Below, one piece after another: positions 28,826 through 38,556 of a stretch of 64,000 bases of DNA. A program made the translations under genes and the position numbers. The DNA lies in contig JBBAUR010000009.1 of assembly GCA_040398075.1 (NCBI GenBank), forward strand, positions 7,702-71,701, written 5' to 3'. Under the pieces are notes generated by a model. The model searched no databases. It saw only the letters and a program-made list of their open reading frames with translations, and was not told where the DNA came from. Positions within the stretch are counted from its first letter, which is position 1, and each line of letters starts with the position of its first letter. Origin of the DNA: Bdellovibrionota bacterium. Its GTDB lineage: Bacteria; Bdellovibrionota_C; UBA2361; OMII01.

Positions 28826-29620
28826 ATGAGCAAGATGAACCTCAACGTCGGCGTCAAGAACCTCAAGGTCGGCACCAGCATCCTGGACATCAAGGTGCCG
28901 GATGCCCTCCGCGCCCGCAAGAAGGTGGGCATCGCCTGGTTCGACGACGCGCTCGGCGGCGAGGGGTTCGTCCCCTCCTCGGTGATGATGCTGACCGGCA
29001 CCCCCGGCGCCGGCAAGACCACCCTCCTCCTCCAGCTGGCCGACGCCATCACCGGCGCGGGTCACATCTGCCTCTACAACACCGGCGAGGAGTCCCTCTA
29101 CCAGGTGAAGATGGTGACGGAGCGCCTAGGCCTGCGCAACGGCTTCTACGTCGGTCAGGACACCCTGGTGACGGACCTCCTGGCCCACGCGGACAAGCTC
29201 AAGAAGCTCAACCCCGGCAAGCAGGTCTTCGTCCTCCAGGACTCCCTCCAGACCCTGGACGACGGCAAGTACGGCGGTGCCACCAACTCCATGACCCCGG
29301 TCCGCTGCGTCGAGGCCCTGACCGACTGGGCGAAGGCCGGCTACGGCGTGGTGGTCTTCATCGGCCAGGTCACCAAGGGCGGCGACTTCGCGGGGAAGCA
29401 GACCATCCTCCACGCGGTGGACGTCCGCGGCCAGCTCTACATCGACGAGGAGAAGAAGTCGGAGACCTTCGGGGAGCGGATCTTCGAGGTGACGAAGAAC
29501 CGGTTCGGTTGCAGCGGTCGCACCTACGTCCTCGGCCTCGCGAAGGCCGGCCTCTACGAGAAGGGCTCCTTCGGCAAGGAGGAGTTAGGGTCGGCGTGGG
29601 GGGCGGTGCAAAGTCTCTAG
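28826..29620 (+). CDS. RadA/Sms-like RecA-family ATPase (ATPase domain only)
   Basis: DDALGGEG.VPSSV.MLTGTPGAGKTTLLLQ, LYNTGEES..QV, DSLQT, GQVTK.G..AG, KNRFG. Confidence 0.88.
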   Translation: MSKMNLNVGVKNLKVGTSILDIKVPDALRARKKVGIAWFDDALGGEGFVPSSVMMLTGTPGAGKTTLLLQLADAITGAGHICLYNTGEESLYQVKMVTERLGLRNGFYVGQDTLVTDLLAHADKLKKLNPGKQVFVLQDSLQTLDDGKYGGATNSMTPVRCVEALTDWAKAGYGVVVFIGQVTKGGDFAGKQTILHAVDVRGQLYIDEEKKSETFGERIFEVTKNRFGCSGRTYVLGLAKAGLYEKGSFGKEELGSAWGAVQSL

Positions 29621-29647
29621 AGTTCCTGATAGAGTGGAGGTATCAAC

Positions 29648-30340
29648 ATGGCGACGAAGAAGACCACCAAGACCGCGAAGCCGCTCCTCAACGCCCCGGA
29701 CGCCCCGTTCGAGCCGATGTTCCCGACGGGGGACGTGGACCTCGATGCGGTCAGCGACCGGGTCACGCCGGAGATGACGGCGAAGCTGGCCGGCGCCGCC
29801 CGCGGCAACAAGCCGGACATCAGCGGCCTGCCGGACGCCATCGCCGACGGTCGGCCCCTCTTCAAGGTGGGGGACAAGATCGTCATCGAGCAGTACGCCA
29901 CCATCCTGGAGACGAACCCCTACCTCCACACCCGCACCTACAAGGTGATGGCCATCAACCCCCAGACGGGGGACCTGAAGCTGTGGGACGAGTCCCTGTG
30001 CCAGTGGGGCATGGACAACTACGTCAAGGGTCCGATGTTCGGCCAGGTCTACAAGCTGGCGAACGGGGCCGTGGTCGGCAAGCGGAAGCGCGGTCGTCCC
30101 CGCAAGAACCCCATCGCCCCGGTTGTCGTCACCACGGAGAAGCCGGCCGGGGAGAAGAAGGGCCGCGGTCGCCCCAAGGGCAGCAAGAACCGCCCCAAGG
30201 ACGTCATCGCCGCGGAGCGCAAGGTGGTGGCCGAGGCCCGACGCGCCCGCAAGGCCAAGGCGACGAAGCGGGCGGCCGTCAAGGCCGTCAAGACCACGGC
30301 CGCGGGGAAGAAGACGGCGGCGGTCAAGAAGGCCCGATGA
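29648..30340 (+). CDS. AT-hook-containing basic DNA-binding protein
   Basis: KRKRGRPRK and KGRGRPKGSK motifs; Lys/Ala-rich tail. Confidence 0.75.
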   Translation: MATKKTTKTAKPLLNAPDAPFEPMFPTGDVDLDAVSDRVTPEMTAKLAGAARGNKPDISGLPDAIADGRPLFKVGDKIVIEQYATILETNPYLHTRTYKVMAINPQTGDLKLWDESLCQWGMDNYVKGPMFGQVYKLANGAVVGKRKRGRPRKNPIAPVVVTTEKPAGEKKGRGRPKGSKNRPKDVIAAERKVVAEARRARKAKATKRAAVKAVKTTAAGKKTAAVKKAR

Positions 30341-33221
30341 ACCGGACGCTAGCCGACTACGGCGTCGGCTCCGTCTGGACGACGGTCGGGTCGTGGCACC
30401 TCTACAACCCGCACGGCGACCTGGTGGCCAACCTGTCGACGGGGACGACGGTGACGGTCATTCGAGTCCACTCCATGGCCGATCGGTGCGAGGAGCACAG
30501 GCAGTGCGACTGCCTCGGTTGGATAGAGGTGCTGGACTGTCGGGGTCGAACGGGGCTCCTGGTGCAGACGGTCCACATGCGAGGGATCCCCACGCTCTCT
30601 CCCAGCGGCTTCGGACTGCGGTGGCCGGGACCGATGGGAAAGCCTAGATACCTACAACCCATGGTGACACCGTGACGAAGTTCGTCAGACCGGCAGTCGG
30701 CTCCCTCCTCCGCCTGAAGTACCCCAGGTCGGCCTACGGCGCGGTGGGCGTCGCAGTCGCCGAGATGCCGGCAGGTTCATACCTCCTCGTCTTGGAGCAC
30801 TGCAAGGCCTCCATGTGGTTCGCCGCGGCCTGTACGGGACCCGAGGGCGTCTACCACTTCCTCACTCCCCAGGTCACGAACCCCCAGATGTGGGAGGAGA
30901 TAACCCCGGGCGACGGGTCGGTCGCGACGGTGGGACGCCGGCGGCGACACATGTGCCCCTGGGACACGTGGAAGACACTCGACGACGAACCGACTACAAT
31001 TCGCGACGGGAAACGTCTGACTCCCGGCGCCTCCGGAGGGACGAAGTGACACGGGAGACCCCCAGGACCACTTCGGCTCCCGGCCGACTACTTTGCGCGA
31101 CGGGAAACGCTGAACCCCGCCGCATGCTCAGGGGCAAATGTGCCCCCACCGACGAGGAGTGAAGGCCGTGTCCAAACTTACTACTTTGCGCGACGGGCGG
31201 AGACCCAAAATTCACTTGGGAAGTGGTGCTAAGCCGTCCCCTCCCCTCGGGCGGCCCCCCGCCGGCCCCCAGAAGCCCCCAAATTGTGTCCCTGGGTCCC
31301 GCCCAGGTCACTTTTCTGACGGACTCTCCGGACCGCCCCCTCCGGACTCCGAGACCGCAGCCGGCCCCGGACCCAATGTACAAAGATCCATCGATGAGGG
31401 CCTGAGGTGTTGGGGAGGGGCCCACGACGGCGGCGGGGGGTGCTGCGACGTCCTCCTGGGACGGTTGGTCCGTGCCCGGTGGCCCCTCCCCATCGACCTG
31501 TTCGATGGACACCGCGGGGAGCCCATAGGCGTCATGGAGCGGGGGGAGGCGGGGTTGGTGCTGGGACGGAGTGAGCGGTATTGGCTGTTGATGGACCCTC
31601 GGGGACGCATCGGGTGGACGGTGGTCTCCCGTGTCCTGTGGGAGGTGCATGCACTTCCCCTGCGGGAGGTCGACCAGTGAGGGGTGTGGGGTGTCTCGTC
31701 GTCGTCACCGGGGGACCGGGACACCTCTATGGGGCGCCTGAACCCTACCTCTCTGAATGGCTGTGCACTGTCCCCCCGTGGAGCATCGGATTGGTGATCG
31801 AGGGACCGAAACGGGGTTACTATCGCGTCGTCTTCCCCGGGGTGACTGGATGGATACGTCGTGGACATGTGGAGGAGTGTCGATGAGGTTCTCTGATTTG
31901 GTTCCCGGCCGGCTCGTCTTCTTCCGCCTCACCGATGGGAACAGGGAGTTCATCGAGCGGCTCTACTGGGACGTCGTCCCCACCGACGCCCTCCTCGTCG
32001 TCCCGGGAGTCGACCTGCCTCCGGAGTGGGTCGCCGTCCTCACCTCTGGGGGTGAGATCGTCCACGTCCACGCATCAGACTGCGTTCCGTTGGTCCTTGC
32101 ACCGGAGTCGTCGCCATGACGTGTTCATTTCATCGGGGTCAGTTGGTCACTCCCAGGTTCTTCGGCTCCATCATCGTCGACACCGGGTCGACGATACCCC
32201 TGTCGCAGTTGCGGCACGGAGACATCTACGTCGTCCTTGGAGTCGTCGCTTCGAGGCGCGGCGGAGGTGAGACGTGGTTGACCGTCGTCGACCCTCGAGG
32301 CCTCGTCGGAGACGCCTTCGAAGGTGACCTTCAAGCCGTGGAGGCGTCATGAGCGATCGATTTCGTCCCGGCCAATTGGTCGTCCCGTGGGGCGGCCTCA
32401 ACTACCTTCTGTTGGACGACGGTCGTCGTGTCGTCCTCCGGAACGAGTGTCTCTATCTCGTCCTGTGGCACCGTGGATCTTGGGTCCGCCTGTTGGGCCC
32501 CGACTGTCTGTTGGGGCGGGCGTATGTCACCTCCATGGTGCCGGCGTGATCGGTCGAGTCGTTCGTTCAGTCGTCCTCGACCTCGTCGTCTATGACGGTG
32601 AATGGGGCAGGATCCATCTGCCCCCTGACGTCTTGTGTCTCGTGATGGGGGAAAAGATGGCCTCCCACGGTTTCAAGTGGCTTCAATTGCTTCTTCCGGC
32701 CGGCCAATTGGTTTGGTTGTACGAGCAGGAGGTCAAAGAACGTCGCGTGGTGGTGGTGGTGTGATGAAAGAGGTGAAGTTCATGAGAGGCGACCTCGTCC
32801 GCCCCGTCCTGTGGAGATCGAGGAACAAGATGGGTCACCTGGTGCCAAGTCACGACATTCCGGCCCTCGTCGTCTGTGACGACGACAATGATCCGGTCGA
32901 GACATATCTCATCCTGCTGGGTGACGGTAGGGTGAGGTGGCAGCTATGTACATTCATCGATCCCCTGGAGGAAGATTCATGAGCCTATTGGGAGCCCTCT
33001 TCAAGGGCACAGGTGCCGAGAGGTACGAGTACTACGTCGTCGTCGAAGAGTTCACGTCGTCCCACGAAGACAACGACGTCATCAGCGTGATGCGCAACAA
33101 CGGACGGACGGAGAGGTGGGGCCTGCCGTTCTTTCTCAAGTACACCCGAAGGATCGACGACTTCAAATCAGGGATCCGTGTGTCGACACGACCGACACGA
33201 ACCTCATACTTACGTACATGA
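30337..33221 (+). CDS. array of ~10 small SH3-like proteins (30337-30675, 30672-31049, ~31440-31680, 31677-31886, 31883-32119, 32116-32352, 32349-32549, 32546-32764, 32764-32982, 32979-33221)
   Basis: Mostly 4-nt ATGA/GTGA overlaps; recurring G(Q/D/R)LV...VL...G..GW pattern. Confidence 0.55.
30993..31197 (+). repeat. three ~18-bp direct repeats ACTAC(A/T)(A/T)T(T/G)CGCGACGGG spaced 93-94 bp
   Basis: Starts at 30993, 31087 and 31180. Confidence 0.7.
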
Positions 33222-33751
33222 AGTTCACCGAAAGAGCGTTGCGCGACCTGATCAGGGAGTCCATTGGAAAAGACCGAATCATCAAGGAGAGGCCATGGTC
33301 AGTGGAGTACGAGTTCAAGTTGTCAGGTGGGATTGCGTCTGACTCAGAAGGGAAGGGACCTGATGGATTCGCGATCGTGATGAGGAGTTCCTCAGGACAA
33401 ACTGCTAGAGTGTACGTGGACTCTTATTGGAACCCTCAGGCGGGGGACGTCAACGGCAACTCGCTCAGGATTGAGATGGAAGACAATCAATCAACTGAGG
33501 GAACAAAAGACTTCGTGACATCGACTTACGTGCCCATCCGCTTCGACGATGGAAAGCGACACTCATTGACGATATCCAACTCTCCTACGGCAAACGTGCT
33601 GTGCGTCTCTCACGGTCACCTCAACGAAGTGCCGATAGTCTATTTGGCCGTTGAGAACCCATTCGAAGAGGGGGAGGACCTAGAATTCGAAGTTGAGACC
33701 GTTGGAAATGGGGAAGCTGAAGTCACGTTGAAGAGGCATGTCAACCTATGA
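33218..33751 (+). CDS. LRRxIRE-motif protein with legume-lectin-like domain
   Basis: MKFTERALRDLIRES; WSVEYEFKL...GPDGFAIV; ATACTTA-N5-ATG. Confidence 0.7.
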   Translation: MKFTERALRDLIRESIGKDRIIKERPWSVEYEFKLSGGIASDSEGKGPDGFAIVMRSSSGQTARVYVDSYWNPQAGDVNGNSLRIEMEDNQSTEGTKDFVTSTYVPIRFDDGKRHSLTISNSPTANVLCVSHGHLNEVPIVYLAVENPFEEGEDLEFEVETVGNGEAEVTLKRHVNL

Positions 33752-33780
33752 AGTGAATAGCTACATTTCCACGTGATACG

Positions 33781-34288
33781 ATGAGAGTGATGCTGGTCAC
33801 TCCTCTTCCGATACCCAACAACAGCGGAAGTTGTTATCGAATCTATAACGTCAACAAGTACGCAAAGGAGATAGACGCACAGGTGTTTCTCAACACCCGC
33901 ATGGTGGACAAGCTATACCACGGTGAGGTGGCCGTCCTTCTGGAGATATCGGAGGACGACGGTAGTTGTAGGATCCTCACTCCGCGTGGAATCGCAGGTT
34001 GGTGCCGAAACATCAATTTGAGGTCGATCGATGAAGTGGACCAGTAAATTCAAACCGGGCCAGATTTTGAACATCGTTCCGGCGACTATGATCGGTCACG
34101 AGTCCCTCATGGTCGGTTACAACACATATCCAGGCGAATATGGTCCTCATAAGAGCGTCCTCGTGGGGAGATGCATCGGCGTCGTGATGAAAGAAAGAGG
34201 ATCGTGTTGTCAAGTCCTAATTGAGGGACGACTTGTGTGGTTTGAATGGTTTAGATTGGAACAAGTCGCCTCTATCGTCACGTCATGA
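33781..34288 (+). CDS. two small SH3-like proteins (33781-34047, 34031-34288)
   Basis: GEVAVLLE...RILTPRG..GW; FKPGQIL...GVVM...VLIEGRLVW. Confidence 0.5.
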
Positions 34289-34619
34289 ATGGAACGGCAA
34301 GGCCTTCCTTCAGCAACCAATCGTTGACGCATTCCTCGCCGAGGAACACCTCGGCCAACATTCGACCGTACTTGTCCTCACCGCTCCTGAAGGTACGAAG
34401 GACGACTTCCTTACCTTCAAGCTTCTTCTTCAATTCTTCTTTTGAGCGTAGGCCCATGGGCGCCGTGTCACCTTTAGTCTCTGGGGCGTTGACACGTGCC
34501 ATTCGCAGGGTCTGACCGGTCAACGTCATGTGGAAACCTAGATCGATATCGACGACCAATGTGTCGCCGTCTACGACTCTTTTCACCGTCGCTTTATACG
34601 TGTAGGGATTGCAGCTCAT
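34278..34619 (-). CDS. thermonuclease (SNase-like)
   Basis: RVVDGDT..VDIDLGF, R.A.VNAPE, DKYGRMLA, VN..LLKEGLA. Confidence 0.9.
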   Translation of the reverse strand: MSCNPYTYKATVKRVVDGDTLVVDIDLGFHMTLTGQTLRMARVNAPETKGDTAPMGLRSKEELKKKLEGKEVVLRTFRSGEDKYGRMLAEVFLGEECVNDWLLKEGLAVPFMT

Positions 34620-35392
34620 TCGTAATGCTTATCAAAGAAGAGAACGCCAGCAGAGTCAAAGATGTCGTTCAAGCTTCCGTCAGTCGGAATGCCCAACTTA
34701 GAAGCCAGATATTCCGACACGAAGTTTTCATGAGCATGTCGCATACCTTCTATGTCGTACCCCATGGTACCCATGGCATACGCCCGATTGACGGCGTCGA
34801 CGTAACGTGGATCGAGACGGTTGACTCCCCGGACGTTCCTGAATGCGACATCACCTGGAACCCCAGTAGTATAGATCAAACAATCATCACTTGGGTCTTC
34901 TGTGTGATGCAGGTCGTGGAACGGTTCTCGACCAGGTCGTGGATGGGTCTTATCGTCCAACGGGATGGAAGACGATTTGCCCACCTTACTCCACGCTAGC
35001 ACGGCGTCCTGTGACAGTGAAAACCTGTCAGGAATCAACCTACCCGTAGGAGACATGTAGTATCCCATCGCGTAGACCAATTTGCCGTATTTCGGTCCTG
35101 CGGAACCCGTGACCTCCCAGGCCCCGGCACAAGGACCTGTTTGATCCGGTGTAGCTCTGATCATTATCGTGCCAAGAATGCAATCGACGAGGGTCGTCTT
35201 CAAGTGAGACGTGGGGTCTCCTGACTTCTTCGATAGAACGTCAGCCAATTTATCGGCATCGTAAGCTATCGCCACTCGCATGCGAGGACCGAGCATTTTC
35301 ATGTAGACGCAAGTGCCATAGGAGTCTCCCCGCGTCGATTCAAACAACAGCCTTTCAAAGACTCTTTCAGTCAATCTTCTCATGTGGTTCAT
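34616..35392 (-). CDS. hypothetical protein, possible GNAT-like fold; related to 54670-55335
   Basis: KYGKLVY...DR.SLS.DA..AW. Confidence 0.65.
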   Translation of the reverse strand: MNHMRRLTERVFERLLFESTRGDSYGTCVYMKMLGPRMRVAIAYDADKLADVLSKKSGDPTSHLKTTLVDCILGTIMIRATPDQTGPCAGAWEVTGSAGPKYGKLVYAMGYYMSPTGRLIPDRFSLSQDAVLAWSKVGKSSSIPLDDKTHPRPGREPFHDLHHTEDPSDDCLIYTTGVPGDVAFRNVRGVNRLDPRYVDAVNRAYAMGTMGYDIEGMRHAHENFVSEYLASKLGIPTDGSLNDIFDSAGVLFFDKHYE

Positions 35393-35432
35393 TGATACTT
35401 ATGCATGAAGACGCGTTCTTGAGGAGGTCTTC

Positions 35433-35708
35433 ATGATCAAGGTGCCAAAGGGGTCTCTGGTGGTACCCGACAAGGGAATGAGTGGCGGGTGTTATAAACT
35501 ATCCGAGAGCGGACACGCGAAACAGCGCTTCTCACTTAAACCTCAGCACTTCCCCGCCATGGTCATCGACGACGACAAGCAGGACATCTGTACTTCCTAC
35601 CGAAGGATACTCCTTGCCTCAGGAGAGATCGTGGGAGTGACGATGCTGTGTCTTCTCTTCGCATTGCGAGTGGTGGATGTCAACGATAGTCGAGACGAAG
35701 ACGCCTGA
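35433..35708 (+). CDS. small SH3-like protein
   Basis: GGAGG SD; KGSLV...PAMVI...ILLASGE. Confidence 0.5.
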   Translation: MIKVPKGSLVVPDKGMSGGCYKLSESGHAKQRFSLKPQHFPAMVIDDDKQDICTSYRRILLASGEIVGVTMLCLLFALRVVDVNDSRDEDA

Positions 35709-36609
35709 TGGTGACAGTGTGCCCGGCAGATTGCACACCATATGTGATGGGAGCGACGAGGATGGCCATTTGTGTCGTGCCGGAGGCTATGCCAGATGAT
35801 CCATGGTTAGCAGCAATTGAAGCCATGCCATTGACGATGTAATAACCAAATCCTTGAATAGACCACACCATCCTCTTGGCAGCGTCATCGAATGTTTCCC
35901 CAGGAGCCATCGAGAAGTGATACCAATCACATTGCTGCTGTTGACGTAGGTGGATCATGTTGCCACTGATGTAAGAGTTGTTTATGCCGTGATCGTATGT
36001 TCTCATGTTAACGGCAGCCCATTGGCTAGCGTCGCCGTTGAGGGCCTTGTTAGGTGACTGTAGAAGACTCGATGTGTCGAAGTATCTACCGTCTTCAAAG
36101 ACGATCGTAGGTTTAGCATACGCATTCCCAGTTCCAAAGGTGTTGTTTCCGATGCCGATCCTGAATCCTTGATAGTTGGCCACGGCACCTGTCAATTCGT
36201 ATTGCGCCCATAGGCGAAGTTCCTTAGTGTAGTCCCAGCCTGATATCACGTCCACGATCGGCAACCTCAACACAGGTGAGGTAATGTCGGAGAGATAACC
36301 AGGAAATGCGCTGCTGCCTGTACCATGTGCTATCACCATTCCTACACCCGGTTCAATTCCCACGGAGACGAGGTTTGTGGAATTCCACAACTCCCAGTCT
36401 AGTCCTGCGATGGATGCAGTTCCATCCGTCGTGTAGCTACAAGACACGGCTGTCGTCATGTCGATGTCGAAGGCTGTGTTCCACGTCACCTTGGCGGAGA
36501 GGGTACCGTTGGACTGTTCCACGCCACCTCCAAGAGGCAAAGTCTTCGTCTTGCCGCTTGAGTCAACAGCGAGGACTGAATTGTTTGCAAGCTTACCTGT
36601 ATATGACAT
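35680..36609 (-). CDS. putative virion or fibre-like protein, paralog 3 of 3
   Basis: Shares WNTAFDIDMTT, ELRLW.QYELTG, MIHLRQQQQCDWYHFSM and TIRRLRLDYR with its neighbours. Confidence 0.75.
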   Translation of the reverse strand: MSYTGKLANNSVLAVDSSGKTKTLPLGGGVEQSNGTLSAKVTWNTAFDIDMTTAVSCSYTTDGTASIAGLDWELWNSTNLVSVGIEPGVGMVIAHGTGSSAFPGYLSDITSPVLRLPIVDVISGWDYTKELRLWAQYELTGAVANYQGFRIGIGNNTFGTGNAYAKPTIVFEDGRYFDTSSLLQSPNKALNGDASQWAAVNMRTYDHGINNSYISGNMIHLRQQQQCDWYHFSMAPGETFDDAAKRMVWSIQGFGYYIVNGMASIAANHGSSGIASGTTQMAILVAPITYGVQSAGHTVTIRRLRLDYR

Positions 36610-36624
36610 GAAATTTCCTCGATT

Positions 36625-37560
36625 TCAACGATAGTCTAGACGAAGACGCCTAATGGTGACCGTGTGACCTGCGGCTTGGGCGGCGTAATTGATCGGTGCC
36701 AACAAGATGGCCATTTGATTGGAACCTGATGCCATTCCTGTCGTTCCATGATTCGGTTTTATTCCGTACAAATAACCTATGGGGTTCAAATAACCAAATC
36801 CTTGACAAGTCCACACCATCCTCTCAGCGGCATCTGCGAAAGTCTCACCGGGGGCCATCGAAAAATGATACCAGTCGCACTGTTGCTGTTGGCGTAGGTG
36901 GATCATGCTACCGCTGATTTGAGAATTACTGATGCCGACTGATGTCGCTGCAAAATTGACGTACCAACCTCCTGATGATGAATTTCCGTAATTGGTCTTG
37001 TCTGGGTAGTTGGTAATAGTTCCATCAAGATAGAATCTACTGTCTTGAAAGATCAATTTCGGTCGATTGGTAGCATCGCCTGTTCCAAAGTCGTTGTTTC
37101 CAATGCCGATCCTCATGCCCTGATAGTTGGCCACGACACCTGTCAATTCATACTGGGTCCACAGCCTCAACTCCTGAGTGAAGTCCCAACCAGGGATAAC
37201 TCCTGTTATGGGCAAACGCAGAACTGGTGCGGATATGTCGACACCGTTTCCTGGGTAGTTACTTTGGGCCGTGCCCAAGCCGATCACCATTCCCACCCCA
37301 GGTTGGATACCGACTGAGACTAGGTTGGTGGAATTCCAGAGGTCCCAATTGAGACCTGCCATGGAGGCAACACCATCCGAAGTATAACTACACGTCACCG
37401 CTGTCGTCATGTCAATGTCGAATGCGGTGTTCCAATCGACCTGGGCCGTCAATGATCCTTGCGTCTGTGTCAACCCACCGCCAAGCGAGAGAGACTTGAC
37501 ATTTCCATTTTCATCGGCGCCAAGGATTGAATCATTTTCTAGTTTGCCTATGTACGACAT
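36625..37560 (-). CDS. putative virion or fibre-like protein, paralog 2 of 3
   Basis: Same shared blocks; start MSYIGKL. Confidence 0.75.
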   Translation of the reverse strand: MSYIGKLENDSILGADENGNVKSLSLGGGLTQTQGSLTAQVDWNTAFDIDMTTAVTCSYTSDGVASMAGLNWDLWNSTNLVSVGIQPGVGMVIGLGTAQSNYPGNGVDISAPVLRLPITGVIPGWDFTQELRLWTQYELTGVVANYQGMRIGIGNNDFGTGDATNRPKLIFQDSRFYLDGTITNYPDKTNYGNSSSGGWYVNFAATSVGISNSQISGSMIHLRQQQQCDWYHFSMAPGETFADAAERMVWTCQGFGYLNPIGYLYGIKPNHGTTGMASGSNQMAILLAPINYAAQAAGHTVTIRRLRLDYR

Positions 37561-37579
37561 TGTTGACCTTTGAGACGGT

Positions 37580-38524
37580 TCATCGATAATCCAATCGAAG
37601 TCTTCTAATAGTAACGTTGTGACCCGCTGTTTGAGAACCGTAATTGATGGGTGCCAACAGTATTGCAATCATGTCAGGTCTTTCAGTCATCCCTGACGAC
37701 GCAATGACATCAGAAGGTTTGATGCTACTTGCATTTTGTGACGTGTAATAACCCATGAATTGACCTGTCCACACCATCCTCTTGGAAGCGTCATCGAAAG
37801 TCTCACCGGGAGTCATCGAGAAGTGGTACCAATCGCATTGTTGCTGTTGGCGTAGGTGGATCATGCTACCGCTGATGTGCTGAACGTCAATTCCATAATT
37901 GTTAGAGGTTATAACTTGATGTTCACCAAAAGGGCTTGAATTGCCCCATTTAGTCTTGTCGATAGCGTTAACGATTCCAGAATAACTACTGTTGTAATAC
38001 CTGGAGTCTTCGTACACCAATTTCGGTCTACTGCTAGCATCGCCTGTTCCAAAGTCGTTGTTTCCGATGCCGATCCTAAAGCCTTGATAATTGGCGACGG
38101 CACCGGTGAGTTCATATTGGGTCCACAGCCTCAACTCCTGAGTGAAGTCCCAATTGGGAATGACTCCGGTTATCGGAAGTCGTAGGACAGGAGACGTGAT
38201 GTTGGTGAAATATCCCGGGTATTCACTGGAGGCCGTACCCAAGGCAAACACCAATCCTACGCCTGGTTGGATTCCAACGGAAATGATGTTGGTGGAATTC
38301 CACAACTCCCAATTCAGGTCTGCTATCGTCGCTGTTCCATCCGTCGTATAACTGCACGACACGGCTGTCGTCATGTCGATGTCGAAGGCTGTGTTCCACG
38401 TCACCTTGGCGGAGAGGACCCCCGCCGATTGTGACATTCCTTCGCCGAGCGACAGGGCCTTCGTTTTTCCGGCGGCATCTGTCCCAAAGACGGCGTCTGC
38501 ATCCAACTTTCCTACGTGAGACAT
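37580..38524 (-). CDS. putative virion or fibre-like protein, paralog 1 of 3
   Basis: Same shared blocks; ATACTTA motif at 38541-38547 upstream. Confidence 0.75.
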   Translation of the reverse strand: MSHVGKLDADAVFGTDAAGKTKALSLGEGMSQSAGVLSAKVTWNTAFDIDMTTAVSCSYTTDGTATIADLNWELWNSTNIISVGIQPGVGLVFALGTASSEYPGYFTNITSPVLRLPITGVIPNWDFTQELRLWTQYELTGAVANYQGFRIGIGNNDFGTGDASSRPKLVYEDSRYYNSSYSGIVNAIDKTKWGNSSPFGEHQVITSNNYGIDVQHISGSMIHLRQQQQCDWYHFSMTPGETFDDASKRMVWTGQFMGYYTSQNASSIKPSDVIASSGMTERPDMIAILLAPINYGSQTAGHNVTIRRLRLDYR

Positions 38525-38556
38525 CGTGTTTCCTCACAGGTAAGTATGCAGCGACG

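Noticed and set aside
28789-30336. First ~515 aa of the 628-aa ORF 28789-30675
   Set aside because: Off-frame shadow of radA and the AT-hook gene; only the part from ATG 30337 looks like a real gene.
30993-31197. Possible second CRISPR array
   Set aside because: The repeat is only ~18 bp and not palindromic, and the gaps are ~75 bp; kept only as a phased repeat.
35680-38524. Diversity-generating retroelement acting on the three paralogs
   Set aside because: No reverse transcriptase and no TR/VR pair with adenine-specific differences visible.
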